Source: a virus. From it: DNA of 64,000 bases. Below, in pieces: positions 1-10,044 of this stretch (position 1 is the first letter of the stretch; every line of letters begins with the position of its first letter). The DNA lies in the IMG/VR virus record IMGVR_UViG_3300036668_000173, positions 23,313 through 87,312 of that record. One strand, given 5' to 3'. The notes under the pieces are model-generated. The model did no database searches and was not told the origin of the DNA. It saw only the letters and a program-made list of their open reading frames with translations. The position numbers were made by a program, and so were the translations under genes.

Positions 1-2
1 AC

Positions 3-1322
3 ACTGGTCTTTTTAAGTACCTCGAAGAGTTTGCTTACGCCAAGGGTAGAGACTACAAAATAGAGCTTGAGCACGACTCATATTATGGTTACCCAAATTC
101 TTGTGAAACCGAAATTGATATGGACTTTATTAATGGTCTTATCATTACATCAAACGGTGAAAAGATAGTTCCTAGAGACTATCAGTTACAAGCCGTACAG
201 CACGGTTTAATGAACCGCCAAGGGGTTCTTGTTTCACCTACAGGTTCGGGTAAGTCTCTCATCATTTACCTATTGATTCGTCATTACCTAAAGACTCACA
301 ATAAAAAGATTTTGATTGTCGTACCCTCTACCTCTTTGGTTCAACAGATGTATGGAGACTTTAAAGATTATTCATCATTGGATGAGTCTTTTGATGCCGA
401 CGAATCGTGTCACCTGATTTACGCTGGAAAAGAAAAACATAAAATAGATAAAAATATTGTCATCACTACATGGCAATCAATCTACCAGATGCAACCAAAA
501 TGGTTTTTACAGTTTGGTGCAGTGTTTGGGGACGAGTGCCACCTTTTCAAAGCTAAGTCACTAATCACTATTTTGACTAATCTAAAAGATGCCTCATATC
601 GATTTGGTACTACGGGTACGCTTTCTGGGGCGCTCACACATCAATTGGTTCTTGAAGGAATCTTTGGCCCTGCTCACTATGTCACGACAACAAAAAATTT
701 GATGGATTCAGGAGATCTTGCAAGCCTAAAAATTAATATTTTGTTACTCAAGTATGAACCAAAACATTGCATAGATATGAAGAAGGCAAAATATCAATCA
801 GAGATCAATTTCATCGTACAACACGAGCCCCGTAATAGGTTCATAACAAACCTTGCCCTAGACCTAGATGGGAATACATTAGTACTATTTCAGTATGTCG
901 AAAAACAGGGTAAGCCCTTGTTTAAACTTATATCGGAAAAGGCACATGAAAGAAGAAAAGTGTTTTATGTATCAGGCGAGACCCCTGTGGATGATAGAGA
1001 GGCGGTTAGGGGTATTGTTGAACAGGAGAAGAATTCTATTATCGTTGCATCATCGGGTGTGTTCTCGGCAGGTGTAAACATTAGGAATGTACACAACATT
1101 ATTTTTGCATCACCTTCAAAATCTCAAATCAAAGTTCTTCAATCTATTGGGCGTGGACTTCGAAAGTCAGACAACGGAAAAGAAACAGTACTATATGATA
1201 TAGCCGACGACCTACACCACTTATCCTACAAGAACCACACACTGAAACACTCTGGAGAAAGAATCAAAATATACTCTCGAGAAAAGTTTATATATAAGAT
1301 ATATGAGATAGAACTTAAATAG
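3..1322 (+). CDS. uvsW: UvsW-like SF2 DNA/RNA-DNA helicase (5' end lies outside the window)
   Basis: Frame is open from base 3. Motifs PRDYQ, SPTGSGKS (Walker A), DECH and QSIGRGLR; T4-like synteny upstream of gp55. Confidence 0.93.
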   Translation, partial: TGLFKYLEEFAYAKGRDYKIELEHDSYYGYPNSCETEIDMDFINGLIITSNGEKIVPRDYQLQAVQHGLMNRQGVLVSPTGSGKSLIIYLLIRHYLKTHNKKILIVVPSTSLVQQMYGDFKDYSSLDESFDADESCHLIYAGKEKHKIDKNIVITTWQSIYQMQPKWFLQFGAVFGDECHLFKAKSLITILTNLKDASYRFGTTGTLSGALTHQLVLEGIFGPAHYVTTTKNLMDSGDLASLKINILLLKYEPKHCIDMKKAKYQSEINFIVQHEPRNRFITNLALDLDGNTLVLFQYVEKQGKPLFKLISEKAHERRKVFYVSGETPVDDREAVRGIVEQEKNSIIVASSGVFSAGVNIRNVHNIIFASPSKSQIKVLQSIGRGLRKSDNGKETVLYDIADDLHHLSYKNHTLKHSGERIKIYSREKFIYKIYEIELK

Positions 1323-1331
1323 GATATAAAA

Positions 1332-1733
1332 ATGGATGAATTAGATGATGTAGACATTAGACAATTTAAATTGTCTTCTGGAGATGAAATTGTTGGAATG
1401 GTAAAAGCAGATGACCCAACATCAGTTACGGTCATGCAACCCTTAAAGTTAAACTCTTCAAATGATGAAGATTTTACTTCGTATTCTTTTGTAGAATGGA
1501 TACCCCTTAGCAAAGAACCTATCTGTGCTATTTCAAAGCTACACATCATAACTTTTGTAGAGTGCAACAACTTTATAAAAGAAAAGTATGTACGTATGTT
1601 CACTGATGAAAATGGTCGCACTTCTGTAGAAGACTTTATTGATCTTGATGCTAAGTGCAGTGACTCTGACTTTGATGATGAATATGACTTTGACTCTATC
1701 GAACCACCCACTAGCAAAGCTAAGTTACATTAA
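1332..1733 (+). CDS. Conserved T4-like hypothetical protein, Sm-like fold with acidic tail
   Basis: QFKLSSGDEIVG motif, AGGA SD, usual position between uvsW and gp55. Confidence 0.7.
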   Translation: MDELDDVDIRQFKLSSGDEIVGMVKADDPTSVTVMQPLKLNSSNDEDFTSYSFVEWIPLSKEPICAISKLHIITFVECNNFIKEKYVRMFTDENGRTSVEDFIDLDAKCSDSDFDDEYDFDSIEPPTSKAKLH

Positions 1734-1738
1734 CTTGT

Positions 1739-1800
1739 GTCCTATACTCTACCCCCGGCCACCGTAGATAGAGTTTATAGTAAAAATGAGGAGTTGTCAA
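1739..1800 (-). promoter_or_regulatory. Antisense sigma70-type promoter (TTGACA-17-TAAACT) followed by a G-rich element; copy 1 of a 44-bp repeat
   Basis: On the minus strand, TTGACA lies at 1800-1795 and TAAACT at 1777-1772. Bases 1739-1782 are the exact reverse complement of 42742-42785. Confidence 0.7.
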
Positions 1801-1885
1801 TACTTATTTTAAATTTATTTGATATTTTAAAATTATCATATTTGTGTTATAATTATGCAACATTTGAGGGGAAGAAAAATTTTAT

Positions 1886-2503
1886 ATGTCACACGAAGAA
1901 AAAACAAAAACAGAGTTAACTAAGGCAAAGGATAGCCCAAATTACGTCAACAATAAAGAGTTTGTTAGCGCAGTGGTGGAATATGTCGCCAAAGTCAATC
2001 AGGCAAAGAAAGACGAAAAGCCTATACCAATCGTTCCAGATTACCTAGCAATATGCTTTTTAAAGATCTCTGAGGGGCTATCCCACAAGCATAACTTCAT
2101 CAGGTATACCTATAGAGAAGAAATGGTAATGGATGGTGTAGAGACGTGTCTGAAGGGTATTACGATGTACGACATCAATGCTAAGACTCGAACAGGTTCG
2201 CCTAATGCCTTTGGCTATTTTACCCAGATTTGCTTCTGGTCGTTCCTTCGAAGAATCGCAAAAGAGAAGAAGCAACAAGACATCAAAATGAAGTTCATGT
2301 CCGAGTGTTTTATCGAAGACTTAGTTCAATTTGACGATCTGGACGATTTTGACTACAATGCCAACAAACCATTTTTAGATCACCTCTTAGAGCGCATTAA
2401 TCAAGTAAAAAATCATGACACTCAAATTAAAGAGTTTGGTAAAAAAATAAAAAAGAGTAAAAAGGAGATACCTCTTTCGATCCTTCAATTGTTTATGGAA
2501 TAA
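1886..2503 (+). CDS. gp55: Late-transcription sigma factor gp55
   Basis: Motifs NYVNNKEF, HNFIRYTYREEMVMDG and NAFGYFTQICFWSFLRRIAKEKKQ. Confidence 0.95.
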   Translation: MSHEEKTKTELTKAKDSPNYVNNKEFVSAVVEYVAKVNQAKKDEKPIPIVPDYLAICFLKISEGLSHKHNFIRYTYREEMVMDGVETCLKGITMYDINAKTRTGSPNAFGYFTQICFWSFLRRIAKEKKQQDIKMKFMSECFIEDLVQFDDLDDFDYNANKPFLDHLLERINQVKNHDTQIKEFGKKIKKSKKEIPLSILQLFME

Positions 2504-2510
2504 TTATATT

Positions 2511-3578
2511 ATGAAAATAGCGATTCTCAACGACACCCATTGTGGTGTTCGTAAGTCTGCAGATACGTTTATTAAATATCAGGAAAGGTTCTACACCGAG
2601 ATCTTTTTTCCTTATTTAAAAAAATACAGGATCAAACATATCTTGCATCTTGGTGATTACTATGACGATAGAAAGTCTTTAAACATCAAAGCGACCCGAG
2701 AGAATCGCAAACATTTTCTGGACGTGTTGATAAAAGACAAAATCAAGATGGATGTCATTTTGGGTAATCATGACGTTTTTTACAAGAACACTAACGCAGT
2801 GAATTCTATTACTGAACTATTAAACTTTTATCCTGATAACATTAGAATCATTGAAGAGCCTACGGTAGTGGAATATGAATCTCTAAAGATGGCTCTTATA
2901 CCGTGGATAAACAATCAAAACTATCATGAGACTCTAAAATTCATTGACTCGTGTGGCACAGATTGGATGGCAGGACATTTTGAGTTTAGTGGCTTTGAAA
3001 TGTCAAAGGGAAACATGAACCATCATGGTATGGAAGTGACCCCGTCATTTTCTAGATTTGAGTCCATTCTTTCTGGGCACTTTCATACTAAGTCTTCGAA
3101 GGGGAACATTCACTACCTCGGTGCTCAAATGGAATTTACTCAGATCGATTGTAATGATCAAAAATACTTTCACATCTTAGACACCGAGACCCGAGAGTTG
3201 GAGGCTATAAAAAATCCTTTGACCATATTTCAAACCATCATGTATGATGATACAAAGATGAACTACTTAAAAGAGTTTTACGTTTCTACGGTAAAGCAAA
3301 AGTTTGTCAGATTGATTGTAGTCAATAAAACTGATCAATCTAAGCTAGACGCTTTTGTGACAAAACTTCAAGAGTCAGAGCTATACGAATTGAAGATCGA
3401 CGAAACCTTTAATGAGTTCCGTGGGGAGAACGTGAGTGATGAAAATATTATAATTGAAGATACGGGTACTCTATTAGACACCTATGTCGATTCGGTAGAA
3501 ACTGATCTTGATAAAGAGAAAATTAAAACTGTGATGCGAGAATTGTATGCACAAGCCTGTAATGAGGAATTGACGTGA
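2511..3578 (+). CDS. gp47: Recombination endonuclease subunit gp47 (Mre11/SbcD-like)
   Basis: Metallophosphoesterase motifs DTHCG, HLGDYYD, GNHD and SGHFH; precedes gp46. Confidence 0.95.
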   Translation: MKIAILNDTHCGVRKSADTFIKYQERFYTEIFFPYLKKYRIKHILHLGDYYDDRKSLNIKATRENRKHFLDVLIKDKIKMDVILGNHDVFYKNTNAVNSITELLNFYPDNIRIIEEPTVVEYESLKMALIPWINNQNYHETLKFIDSCGTDWMAGHFEFSGFEMSKGNMNHHGMEVTPSFSRFESILSGHFHTKSSKGNIHYLGAQMEFTQIDCNDQKYFHILDTETRELEAIKNPLTIFQTIMYDDTKMNYLKEFYVSTVKQKFVRLIVVNKTDQSKLDAFVTKLQESELYELKIDETFNEFRGENVSDENIIIEDTGTLLDTYVDSVETDLDKEKIKTVMRELYAQACNEELT

Positions 3579-5293
3579 TCATATTTAAGAAAATATCATG
3601 GATGAACTTTCTGTCTACAGGAAACAATCCTACAGAGATACAACTAGATCGTTCACCTACCACACTGATCGTAGGAAAAAATGGTACTGGTAAATCTACA
3701 CTATTAGACGCCCTCTCATTTGTTTTGTTTGGTAAGGCACACCGAAACGTCAATAAGAATCAATTGATTAACTCAATCAATGGTAAGGGTGCGCTCGTCA
3801 CAATAGATTTTACGATTGGCAACCAAGACTTTAAAATTGTCCGTGGAATTAAGCCAAACATTTTTGAGATCTACAGAAACGATAGTTTAGTCGATCAGAC
3901 TTCACAATCTAGAGACTACCAGAAACACCTAGAGCAAAATATTCTTAAATTAAATCACAAGTCCTTTCATCAGATCGTGGTCTTAGGCTCCTCTTCGTTT
4001 GTTCCCTTTATGCAGTTGCCCTTGGCGTCGAGACGTGAAATCATTGAAGACCTTTTGGACATTCAAATATTTTCTAAGATGAATGCAATCCTTAAAGAAA
4101 AAATGAGCATAGTGAAATCAGAGATTGTTGACATCAACCATACAATCTCTTTGGTAAAAGAGAAAATTGATATGCAGAAAAAGTATATCACCGACATAAC
4201 ACAAATGACTTCTGATCAGGTAGAGGTCAAGAAGAAAAAGATAACTGAGATCTCAGAAGAAATCGAAGAATTAAATATAGACATTAAAACCTACAAGGAA
4301 TCTTTGAGTGGTGAGGACTCGTCCTTATCAGAAAAGGTTAAGGATCTTGTTGGAACTAAAATTAAGTTGATTGGGTATGAAGGACAGTTTAAGCAACAGA
4401 TCAATAAGTTAGTAGCCGACACTAAATTCTATGAGACTAACGATAACTGTCCTACGTGCACTCAAGCAATTTCATTGGAGATTAAATCTGAGCAGTTGGA
4501 GAGCGCAAAATCAAATGCAAAAGAGTTGGCTTCGGCAATTGAAAAGAGTAAAGAAAAGACCATTAAGTTAGACGAACAAATCGCACGATTAAATGAACAA
4601 CTAGATATTTCAAAAAAGACACGCTCTGAGATATCTTTTACTCAGTCTACTATCACTAGACTTCAAAAACAGATTACAGATCTAAACACTGAAATCACTG
4701 AAATGACTGGCTCGACAAATGATTTGAGTAAGGCACGAAGCGACTACGACGATCTTATAGAAGAGAGTGGCGTTTTGGTTGACAGAAAGTCTTCGGTGAC
4801 CGATACGAAAAGCTATTATGAATTGTCTCAAGAAATGTTAAAGGATACAGGGATCAAAACTAAGATCATTAAGGAGTATATTCCTGTCATGAATCAGTTG
4901 ATAAATAGTTACTTGGGTATCCTTGACTTTTTTGTTTCGTTCAATCTTGACGAGAACTTTAATGAAGTGATCAGATCTAGGCATCGTGACGACTTCAATT
5001 ATGCTTCGTTCTCTGAAGGTGAAAAGCAAAGAATTAATTTGGCTTTGTTGTTCACATGGCGACAGGTGGCACGAATGAAAAATTCAACGTCAACTAATTT
5101 GCTTTTGTTAGACGAAGTATTTGATGCTTCGATTGACGAGGCTGGCGTCGAGAATCTTATGAAAATTTTAGACACTTTGGACTCTGACACAAACGTCTTT
5201 GTTATCTCACACAAGGGTGAAATATTAGACGATAAGTTTAGATCAAAGATAGAATTTGTGAAGCACCACAACTTTTCTGAAATGGTGGTATAA
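3575..5293 (+). CDS. gp46: Recombination ATPase gp46 (Rad50/SbcC-like)
   Basis: GKNGTGKS, CPTC zinc hook within a coiled coil, FSEGE signature, LLLLDE. Confidence 0.95.
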   Translation: MIIFKKISWMNFLSTGNNPTEIQLDRSPTTLIVGKNGTGKSTLLDALSFVLFGKAHRNVNKNQLINSINGKGALVTIDFTIGNQDFKIVRGIKPNIFEIYRNDSLVDQTSQSRDYQKHLEQNILKLNHKSFHQIVVLGSSSFVPFMQLPLASRREIIEDLLDIQIFSKMNAILKEKMSIVKSEIVDINHTISLVKEKIDMQKKYITDITQMTSDQVEVKKKKITEISEEIEELNIDIKTYKESLSGEDSSLSEKVKDLVGTKIKLIGYEGQFKQQINKLVADTKFYETNDNCPTCTQAISLEIKSEQLESAKSNAKELASAIEKSKEKTIKLDEQIARLNEQLDISKKTRSEISFTQSTITRLQKQITDLNTEITEMTGSTNDLSKARSDYDDLIEESGVLVDRKSSVTDTKSYYELSQEMLKDTGIKTKIIKEYIPVMNQLINSYLGILDFFVSFNLDENFNEVIRSRHRDDFNYASFSEGEKQRINLALLFTWRQVARMKNSTSTNLLLLDEVFDASIDEAGVENLMKILDTLDSDTNVFVISHKGEILDDKFRSKIEFVKHHNFSEMVV

Positions 5294-5319
5294 TTTTCAG
5301 AATTAAAAGGCGTACATAA

Positions 5320-7392
5320 ATGAAATCAAAATCTTTACTGGCTAAACTCCTATCCAAAGAAAATATAATTGTTCATCAAGGAAACTATGAAACCGCATTC
5401 TTTGATCTAGAACAAAGAATTCTAGGCTTGCCCCTATGGGAAGAGTTTACGAGCGACACGACAGATCTTCTTATTGGTCATGAGGTGGGTCACGCCCTTC
5501 ATACACCAATAGAAGGTCTTCATTCTTTCTTAGACGCAGAAAACAAGATCCCTAAGTCCTTTATGAATATCATCGAAGATATTCGAATCGAGAAGCTCAT
5601 ACAACGAGATTACATAGGATTGGTTCCGTGCTTTAAGCGTGGGTACAAGGCTCTACACGAAAGAGACTTTTTTAAGATTGCCGATAAAGACGTACAAAAA
5701 ATGTCTTTTATGAATCGTCTAAATCTTAAATCTAAATTAAGGGATGATATAGTAGTAGAGTTTTCTGAAGAAGAGCAACCTTACTTAAAAATGGCAATGG
5801 CAGTAGAAACGTGGGACGACGTGGTACGCGCATGCGAAGGTATTTATAATTACCTTAAGTCAAAGCAAGATGAAAATGAACGTCCAGAATCACCTAAAAC
5901 TAAAGGTGAAGAATTAGACTCTAAACCATTTAATGATACCCAAGAGTCTACTAGTGGAGAATATACGCTAGGCAATGATCAGTGCGACGACCTAGAATCA
6001 GACGGTTCATCTGGAACGGAGCTAGAAGAAGAGATAGGCTCAGACGACGAACTAGAAGACGAGATGGATACCTCAACAGACGAAAACTTTCGAGAAAGTG
6101 AAAGGGAGATGTCTGTCAAATCGCCCAATGATAATATTCCATTAGTGATTCATTCGCCCACAGATAAACAAGTTGATGAAATCATAGTTCGAAACGAAGC
6201 CGTAATTGCACAACGAAATTCTATTTTAAAAGAGTTGATTGAAAATAAAGAGTTCTCAGAGTACAGAACCTTTTTAGACGAAACTAATAAGATTGTTAAG
6301 GTTATGGTTCGAGAATTTGAAATGCGAAAATGTGCATACCAACACTCGAGAGCAAAGACTTCTAAAAGTGGTACATTAAATTTAAAGAAACTTCATGAGT
6401 ATAAATTTTCAGAAGACATCTTTAATTCTATTACCACATTAGCCAACGTCAAGAGTCATGGCATGATAATGTTGATGGATCGTTCGTATTCTATGCATGA
6501 AATTTTGCACGAAGTGGCAAGACAAACTATAACCTTGGCCATGTTTTGTAGAAAGGCGAATATCCCATTCGAGGTGTATACTTTTGCGTCTTTTGGTCGT
6601 TCGGCTATTCCAGAGCCGACCATTATTCCTTATCACCTTGATGTAAAAAATGTAGGAATAGTCGAAGTATTGTCGTCAAGATTTAACAAAAAAGAATTTG
6701 AGCTCGCCTGTAAAAGTCTTTTTCTTGTTACTAATGGCAATACAAAATTTGAAAAGTCAGATTTAGATTCTATGGGAGGTACTCCGTTAAACGAAGCGTT
6801 GTTGGCAGTTCCAAAAATTATTAAAGATTTTAAGAAAAAGTATAACACCCAAAAGTTGTCGTTCACTTTGCTAAGTGACGGAGAAGGATCTACATTTAAT
6901 TATTATGACAACCAAAAGGAATCGAAACATTTAGCGTCTGGCTTTTATAAAAATGACACGTATTTAAATTTTGATTCTGGAAATAAGCTAATTAAAATTG
7001 ATCCATCTAATAACTATAGTCAGTTCAAGTATCAAATTGTCAAAATAATTAAGGATATGGGAGTCAATACCATATGTTATTATTTGTCACAAGATTCAGT
7101 GGATTACTCGTCAAAGATAGGAGAGATAAACGATTCTTATGCTAGTAAAATATTCGATGACGCCAAAAAAATGATGGAATCTCAAAAATTTGTATCATAT
7201 GAAAATCTTAAGGGGTTTAATAAATTTTTTATACTTAAGTCGAGCATGAATATATTAGATACAAATGTTGGCGATTTTGATGTGTTGAAGGGATATTCGA
7301 CTAAGGGGATCAGCAACGCATTTAAAAAATATTCATCTAAGGTCAAATTGAATCGTCTTTTTGCTGTACAATACGTGAAAACAATTTCTTAA
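5320..7392 (+). CDS. CobT-like protein: N-terminal HExxH peptidase-like domain, acidic linker, C-terminal VWA domain
   Basis: GHEVGHAL, NIIEDIRIE, MIDAS-like DRSYSM, GGTPL and LSDGE; adjacent to a CobS-like ATPase. Confidence 0.8.
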   Translation: MKSKSLLAKLLSKENIIVHQGNYETAFFDLEQRILGLPLWEEFTSDTTDLLIGHEVGHALHTPIEGLHSFLDAENKIPKSFMNIIEDIRIEKLIQRDYIGLVPCFKRGYKALHERDFFKIADKDVQKMSFMNRLNLKSKLRDDIVVEFSEEEQPYLKMAMAVETWDDVVRACEGIYNYLKSKQDENERPESPKTKGEELDSKPFNDTQESTSGEYTLGNDQCDDLESDGSSGTELEEEIGSDDELEDEMDTSTDENFRESEREMSVKSPNDNIPLVIHSPTDKQVDEIIVRNEAVIAQRNSILKELIENKEFSEYRTFLDETNKIVKVMVREFEMRKCAYQHSRAKTSKSGTLNLKKLHEYKFSEDIFNSITTLANVKSHGMIMLMDRSYSMHEILHEVARQTITLAMFCRKANIPFEVYTFASFGRSAIPEPTIIPYHLDVKNVGIVEVLSSRFNKKEFELACKSLFLVTNGNTKFEKSDLDSMGGTPLNEALLAVPKIIKDFKKKYNTQKLSFTLLSDGEGSTFNYYDNQKESKHLASGFYKNDTYLNFDSGNKLIKIDPSNNYSQFKYQIVKIIKDMGVNTICYYLSQDSVDYSSKIGEINDSYASKIFDDAKKMMESQKFVSYENLKGFNKFFILKSSMNILDTNVGDFDVLKGYSTKGISNAFKKYSSKVKLNRLFAVQYVKTIS

Positions 7393-7412
7393 TTTTTAGA
7401 GTAAACTACATC

Positions 7413-8321
7413 ATGAATTTAAATGAAGCTATCGCCACACCATATGTACCGATCAAAGATCCTTGTTTTATAAAATGGGGTCATTGTTTAGACGTCGAAA
7501 AAATTATCAAGTCCACATTGTTTTATCCGACCTTCATTACAGGACATTCGGGCAATGGTAAGACCATAATGGTCGAACAAAGTTGTGCTAACCTAGGTCG
7601 AGAATATATACGTATACAGGTCAGTCCAGAAACCGATGAAGACGATTTGATTGGTGGCTTTAGATTGATTGACGGTAATACCGTTTTCGTAAAGGGTCCA
7701 GTTGTCAATGCAATGGAGTTGGGCGCAATACTTTTGATTGATGAAATCGATCGTGGGTCAAATAAAATAATGTGCCTTCAAGGAATACTCGAAGGTAAGG
7801 GTGTTCTGATAAAAAAGACGGGAGAGTTGGTACATCCAAAAAAAGGGTTTAACATTATTGCCACGGCTAACACAAAAGGTCAGGGTTCTGATGATGGTAA
7901 GTTCATATCGGCAATCATCATGGACGAAGCATTCTTAGAACGCTTTGTGATAACATTTGAGCAACCATATCCTTCTATGGCAATAGAGAAGAAAATTCTA
8001 TTAACTCATATGGAAAAATATGGGGTGAAGGACGTTGCATTTTCGGAATCCCTAACACATTGGGCAGATACCATAAGAAAGACATTTGCAGACGGTGGAG
8101 TTGACGACATTATTACGACTAGACGCCTTTGCCATATCATACAAACCTATTCTCTTTTCGATGACCGCAATAAGGCAATTAAGCTGTGCGTGAATCGATT
8201 CGAAAGTGACGTAAAAGATGCATTCTTAGATCTTTATAAAAAGATAGATGACTCCATCAAACCTACCCAAACCAATAACACTATAGGAGATGAAATAGAT
8301 GCGCTTTTATCAGGAAGCTAA
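7413..8321 (+). CDS. cobS: CobS-like MoxR AAA+ ATPase
   Basis: GHSGNGKT, LLIDEIDRG, ATANTKGQG and DEAFLERF. Confidence 0.88.
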   Translation: MNLNEAIATPYVPIKDPCFIKWGHCLDVEKIIKSTLFYPTFITGHSGNGKTIMVEQSCANLGREYIRIQVSPETDEDDLIGGFRLIDGNTVFVKGPVVNAMELGAILLIDEIDRGSNKIMCLQGILEGKGVLIKKTGELVHPKKGFNIIATANTKGQGSDDGKFISAIIMDEAFLERFVITFEQPYPSMAIEKKILLTHMEKYGVKDVAFSESLTHWADTIRKTFADGGVDDIITTRRLCHIIQTYSLFDDRNKAIKLCVNRFESDVKDAFLDLYKKIDDSIKPTQTNNTIGDEIDALLSGS

Positions 8322-8646
8322 AGAGCAACCTACTGAAGAGGTGCTTGGTGTAAAGCATGACCAAGATAAGCCAGACTACACCCTTGTTCCTTACAAGGCT
8401 TTAGATGAAGTCGTAAAGGTATTGACCTATGGATCAAAGAAGTATTCAAGAGATAACTGGAGGCATGTCGACCCTAAACGATATGAAGCCGCGATGATGC
8501 GACATTTTTCAAAGTACATGCAAGGAGAGCCTATAGACCCTGAGACTGGATACCATCATATTGCACACATGGCATGTTCGGTATTATTTTTATTAGAAAA
8601 TGAATTGAAAAAAGATGCACAAGAACCAAAAAGTGGTGTATACTAG
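8299..8646 (+). CDS. dATP/dGTP diphosphohydrolase-domain protein (DUF5664-like)
   Basis: GVKHDQDKP, VLTYGSKKY..DNW, RH and DPETGYHHIAH pattern. Confidence 0.75.
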   Translation: MRFYQEAKEQPTEEVLGVKHDQDKPDYTLVPYKALDEVVKVLTYGSKKYSRDNWRHVDPKRYEAAMMRHFSKYMQGEPIDPETGYHHIAHMACSVLFLLENELKKDAQEPKSGVY

Positions 8647-8681
8647 TACACTTTATTTAAAAATGTGAAGGATATAATATT

Positions 8682-9362
8682 ATGAAGCTTTCCCCAAAAA
8701 CAGTAAACCTATTAAAAAACTTTGCTTCGATCCAACCTAACATGTTATTTGTTAAGGGTAACAGCCAACAGACGATGGCAGAGCTTGGCAACATCGTGTG
8801 TGAAGCCGAGATTGAAGAAGACTTTTCTCAAGAATTTGGCATTTCGGATTTATCAGAATTCCTGTCGGTGTTCGGTATGTTTCAGTCGCCCGAGTTGTCG
8901 TTTGATGATTCCATGACTTCTGTAAATTTTAAGGAAGGAAATCGATCAGTAAAATATTTTGTGTCTGATCCTAGTATCATTACTTCACCCAAAAAGAAGG
9001 TAAAAATTCCAGACGTGGCACTGAGCTTCACCCTCACGGCAGAAGACTTATTGACTTTAAGGAAAGCGTCCTCTGCACTAAAAGTGGAGCACATGGTAAT
9101 CACTAAAGCGACCGATAGCACAATTTCGGTAAAAATGACAGACATCGATGACGTCACATCAAATGCTTTTAATCTTGAGCTTTCAAGTGATAAAATGCCC
9201 GAAGAAGATTTTAAATTTATATATAGAATCTCTAACCTTAAAGTACTTTCGGGTGACTATGTAGTAGAAATCTCATCTAAGAGAGTAACAAAATTAACAG
9301 ATAGCACACAAAACCTTGTGTACTTTATTTCATTAGAAATTGAATCAACCTACGGAGAGTAA
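8682..9362 (+). CDS. gp45: Sliding clamp gp45
   Basis: MKLSPKTVNLLKNFASIQ, FGISDLSEFL, NLKVLSGDY. Confidence 0.93.
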   Translation: MKLSPKTVNLLKNFASIQPNMLFVKGNSQQTMAELGNIVCEAEIEEDFSQEFGISDLSEFLSVFGMFQSPELSFDDSMTSVNFKEGNRSVKYFVSDPSIITSPKKKVKIPDVALSFTLTAEDLLTLRKASSALKVEHMVITKATDSTISVKMTDIDDVTSNAFNLELSSDKMPEEDFKFIYRISNLKVLSGDYVVEISSKRVTKLTDSTQNLVYFISLEIESTYGE

Positions 9363-9366
9363 AACT

Positions 9367-9603
9367 ATGACAAACGAAACAACCCCAAACCCACAATTAA
9401 ACATCAACGATATTCAGGCAACCGTACAAGTCATTGACGTAGTCACCAAGCGTGGTGCCTTTGAAGGTGCAGAATTAGAAGCCGTAGGTAGCCTTCGTAA
9501 TCGCTTTGCGACATTTTTAAATGCCAATGCACCTGAAAAGCAAGAGCAAATTCCAGAGTCTGCTGGAGACACTGCACAACTCTTAAATGAATCAAAGGAC
9601 TAA
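9367..9603 (+). CDS. Conserved hypothetical protein
   Basis: GGAGAG SD before the ATG at 9367; IDVVTKRGAF..EL..VG motif. Confidence 0.65.
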   Translation: MTNETTPNPQLNINDIQATVQVIDVVTKRGAFEGAELEAVGSLRNRFATFLNANAPEKQEQIPESAGDTAQLLNESKD

Positions 9604-9610
9604 TTAGATC

Positions 9611-9781
9611 ATGCAACTTCTTAAAAGAGTTATGCAAAAAAACGAAAAAGACGGAAGTTTTGAATTGCTTGTGGCTCTTGCGATTAACTCTGCAGAGTTG
9701 CAGAATCAGCTATCGACCGATAAAGATGCCTTTTATAATATCGGAAAAGAATTTGTTAATGTTATCACGGAGATAAAGTAA
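9611..9781 (+). CDS. Small hypothetical protein (56 aa, below the ORF-track cutoff)
   Basis: Open frame MQLLKRVMQKNEKDGSFELL...ITEIK; its stop overlaps the next ATG (TAATG). Confidence 0.5.
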   Translation: MQLLKRVMQKNEKDGSFELLVALAINSAELQNQLSTDKDAFYNIGKEFVNVITEIK

Positions 9782-10044
9782 TGTCTATAAATGTTGTTGT
9801 GCCCTCTTCGCCAGAAGATCGTGCTAGAATTCAATCAGCACTAAGTGAAATTTCTAATGCAATGACTCGCATTGAGTCAGAGCGAGCCTACATCAAAGAG
9901 TCCTTAGAAATGTTAGAAGAAAGTTTCGAGCTACCTAAAAAATATATGCGAAAGGTCGCGCTCGTGTATCATAAGCAAAATCTTAATGAAGTTCGAAATG
10001 AGTTTTCTGATGTAGAAGACATTTACAATGCAGTAACATCTTAA
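9781..10044 (+). CDS. T4 DsbA-like dsDNA-binding protein
   Basis: 87 aa; helical pattern IKE...ELPKKYMRKVALVYHKQN...EDIY resembles T4 DsbA. Confidence 0.65.
   Translation: MSINVVVPSSPEDRARIQSALSEISNAMTRIESERAYIKESLEMLEESFELPKKYMRKVALVYHKQNLNEVRNEFSDVEDIYNAVTS

Noticed and set aside
1737-1919. 60-aa ORF between the Sm-like gene and gp55
   Set aside because: No SD, and it spans the repeat and promoter elements; better explained as regulatory DNA.
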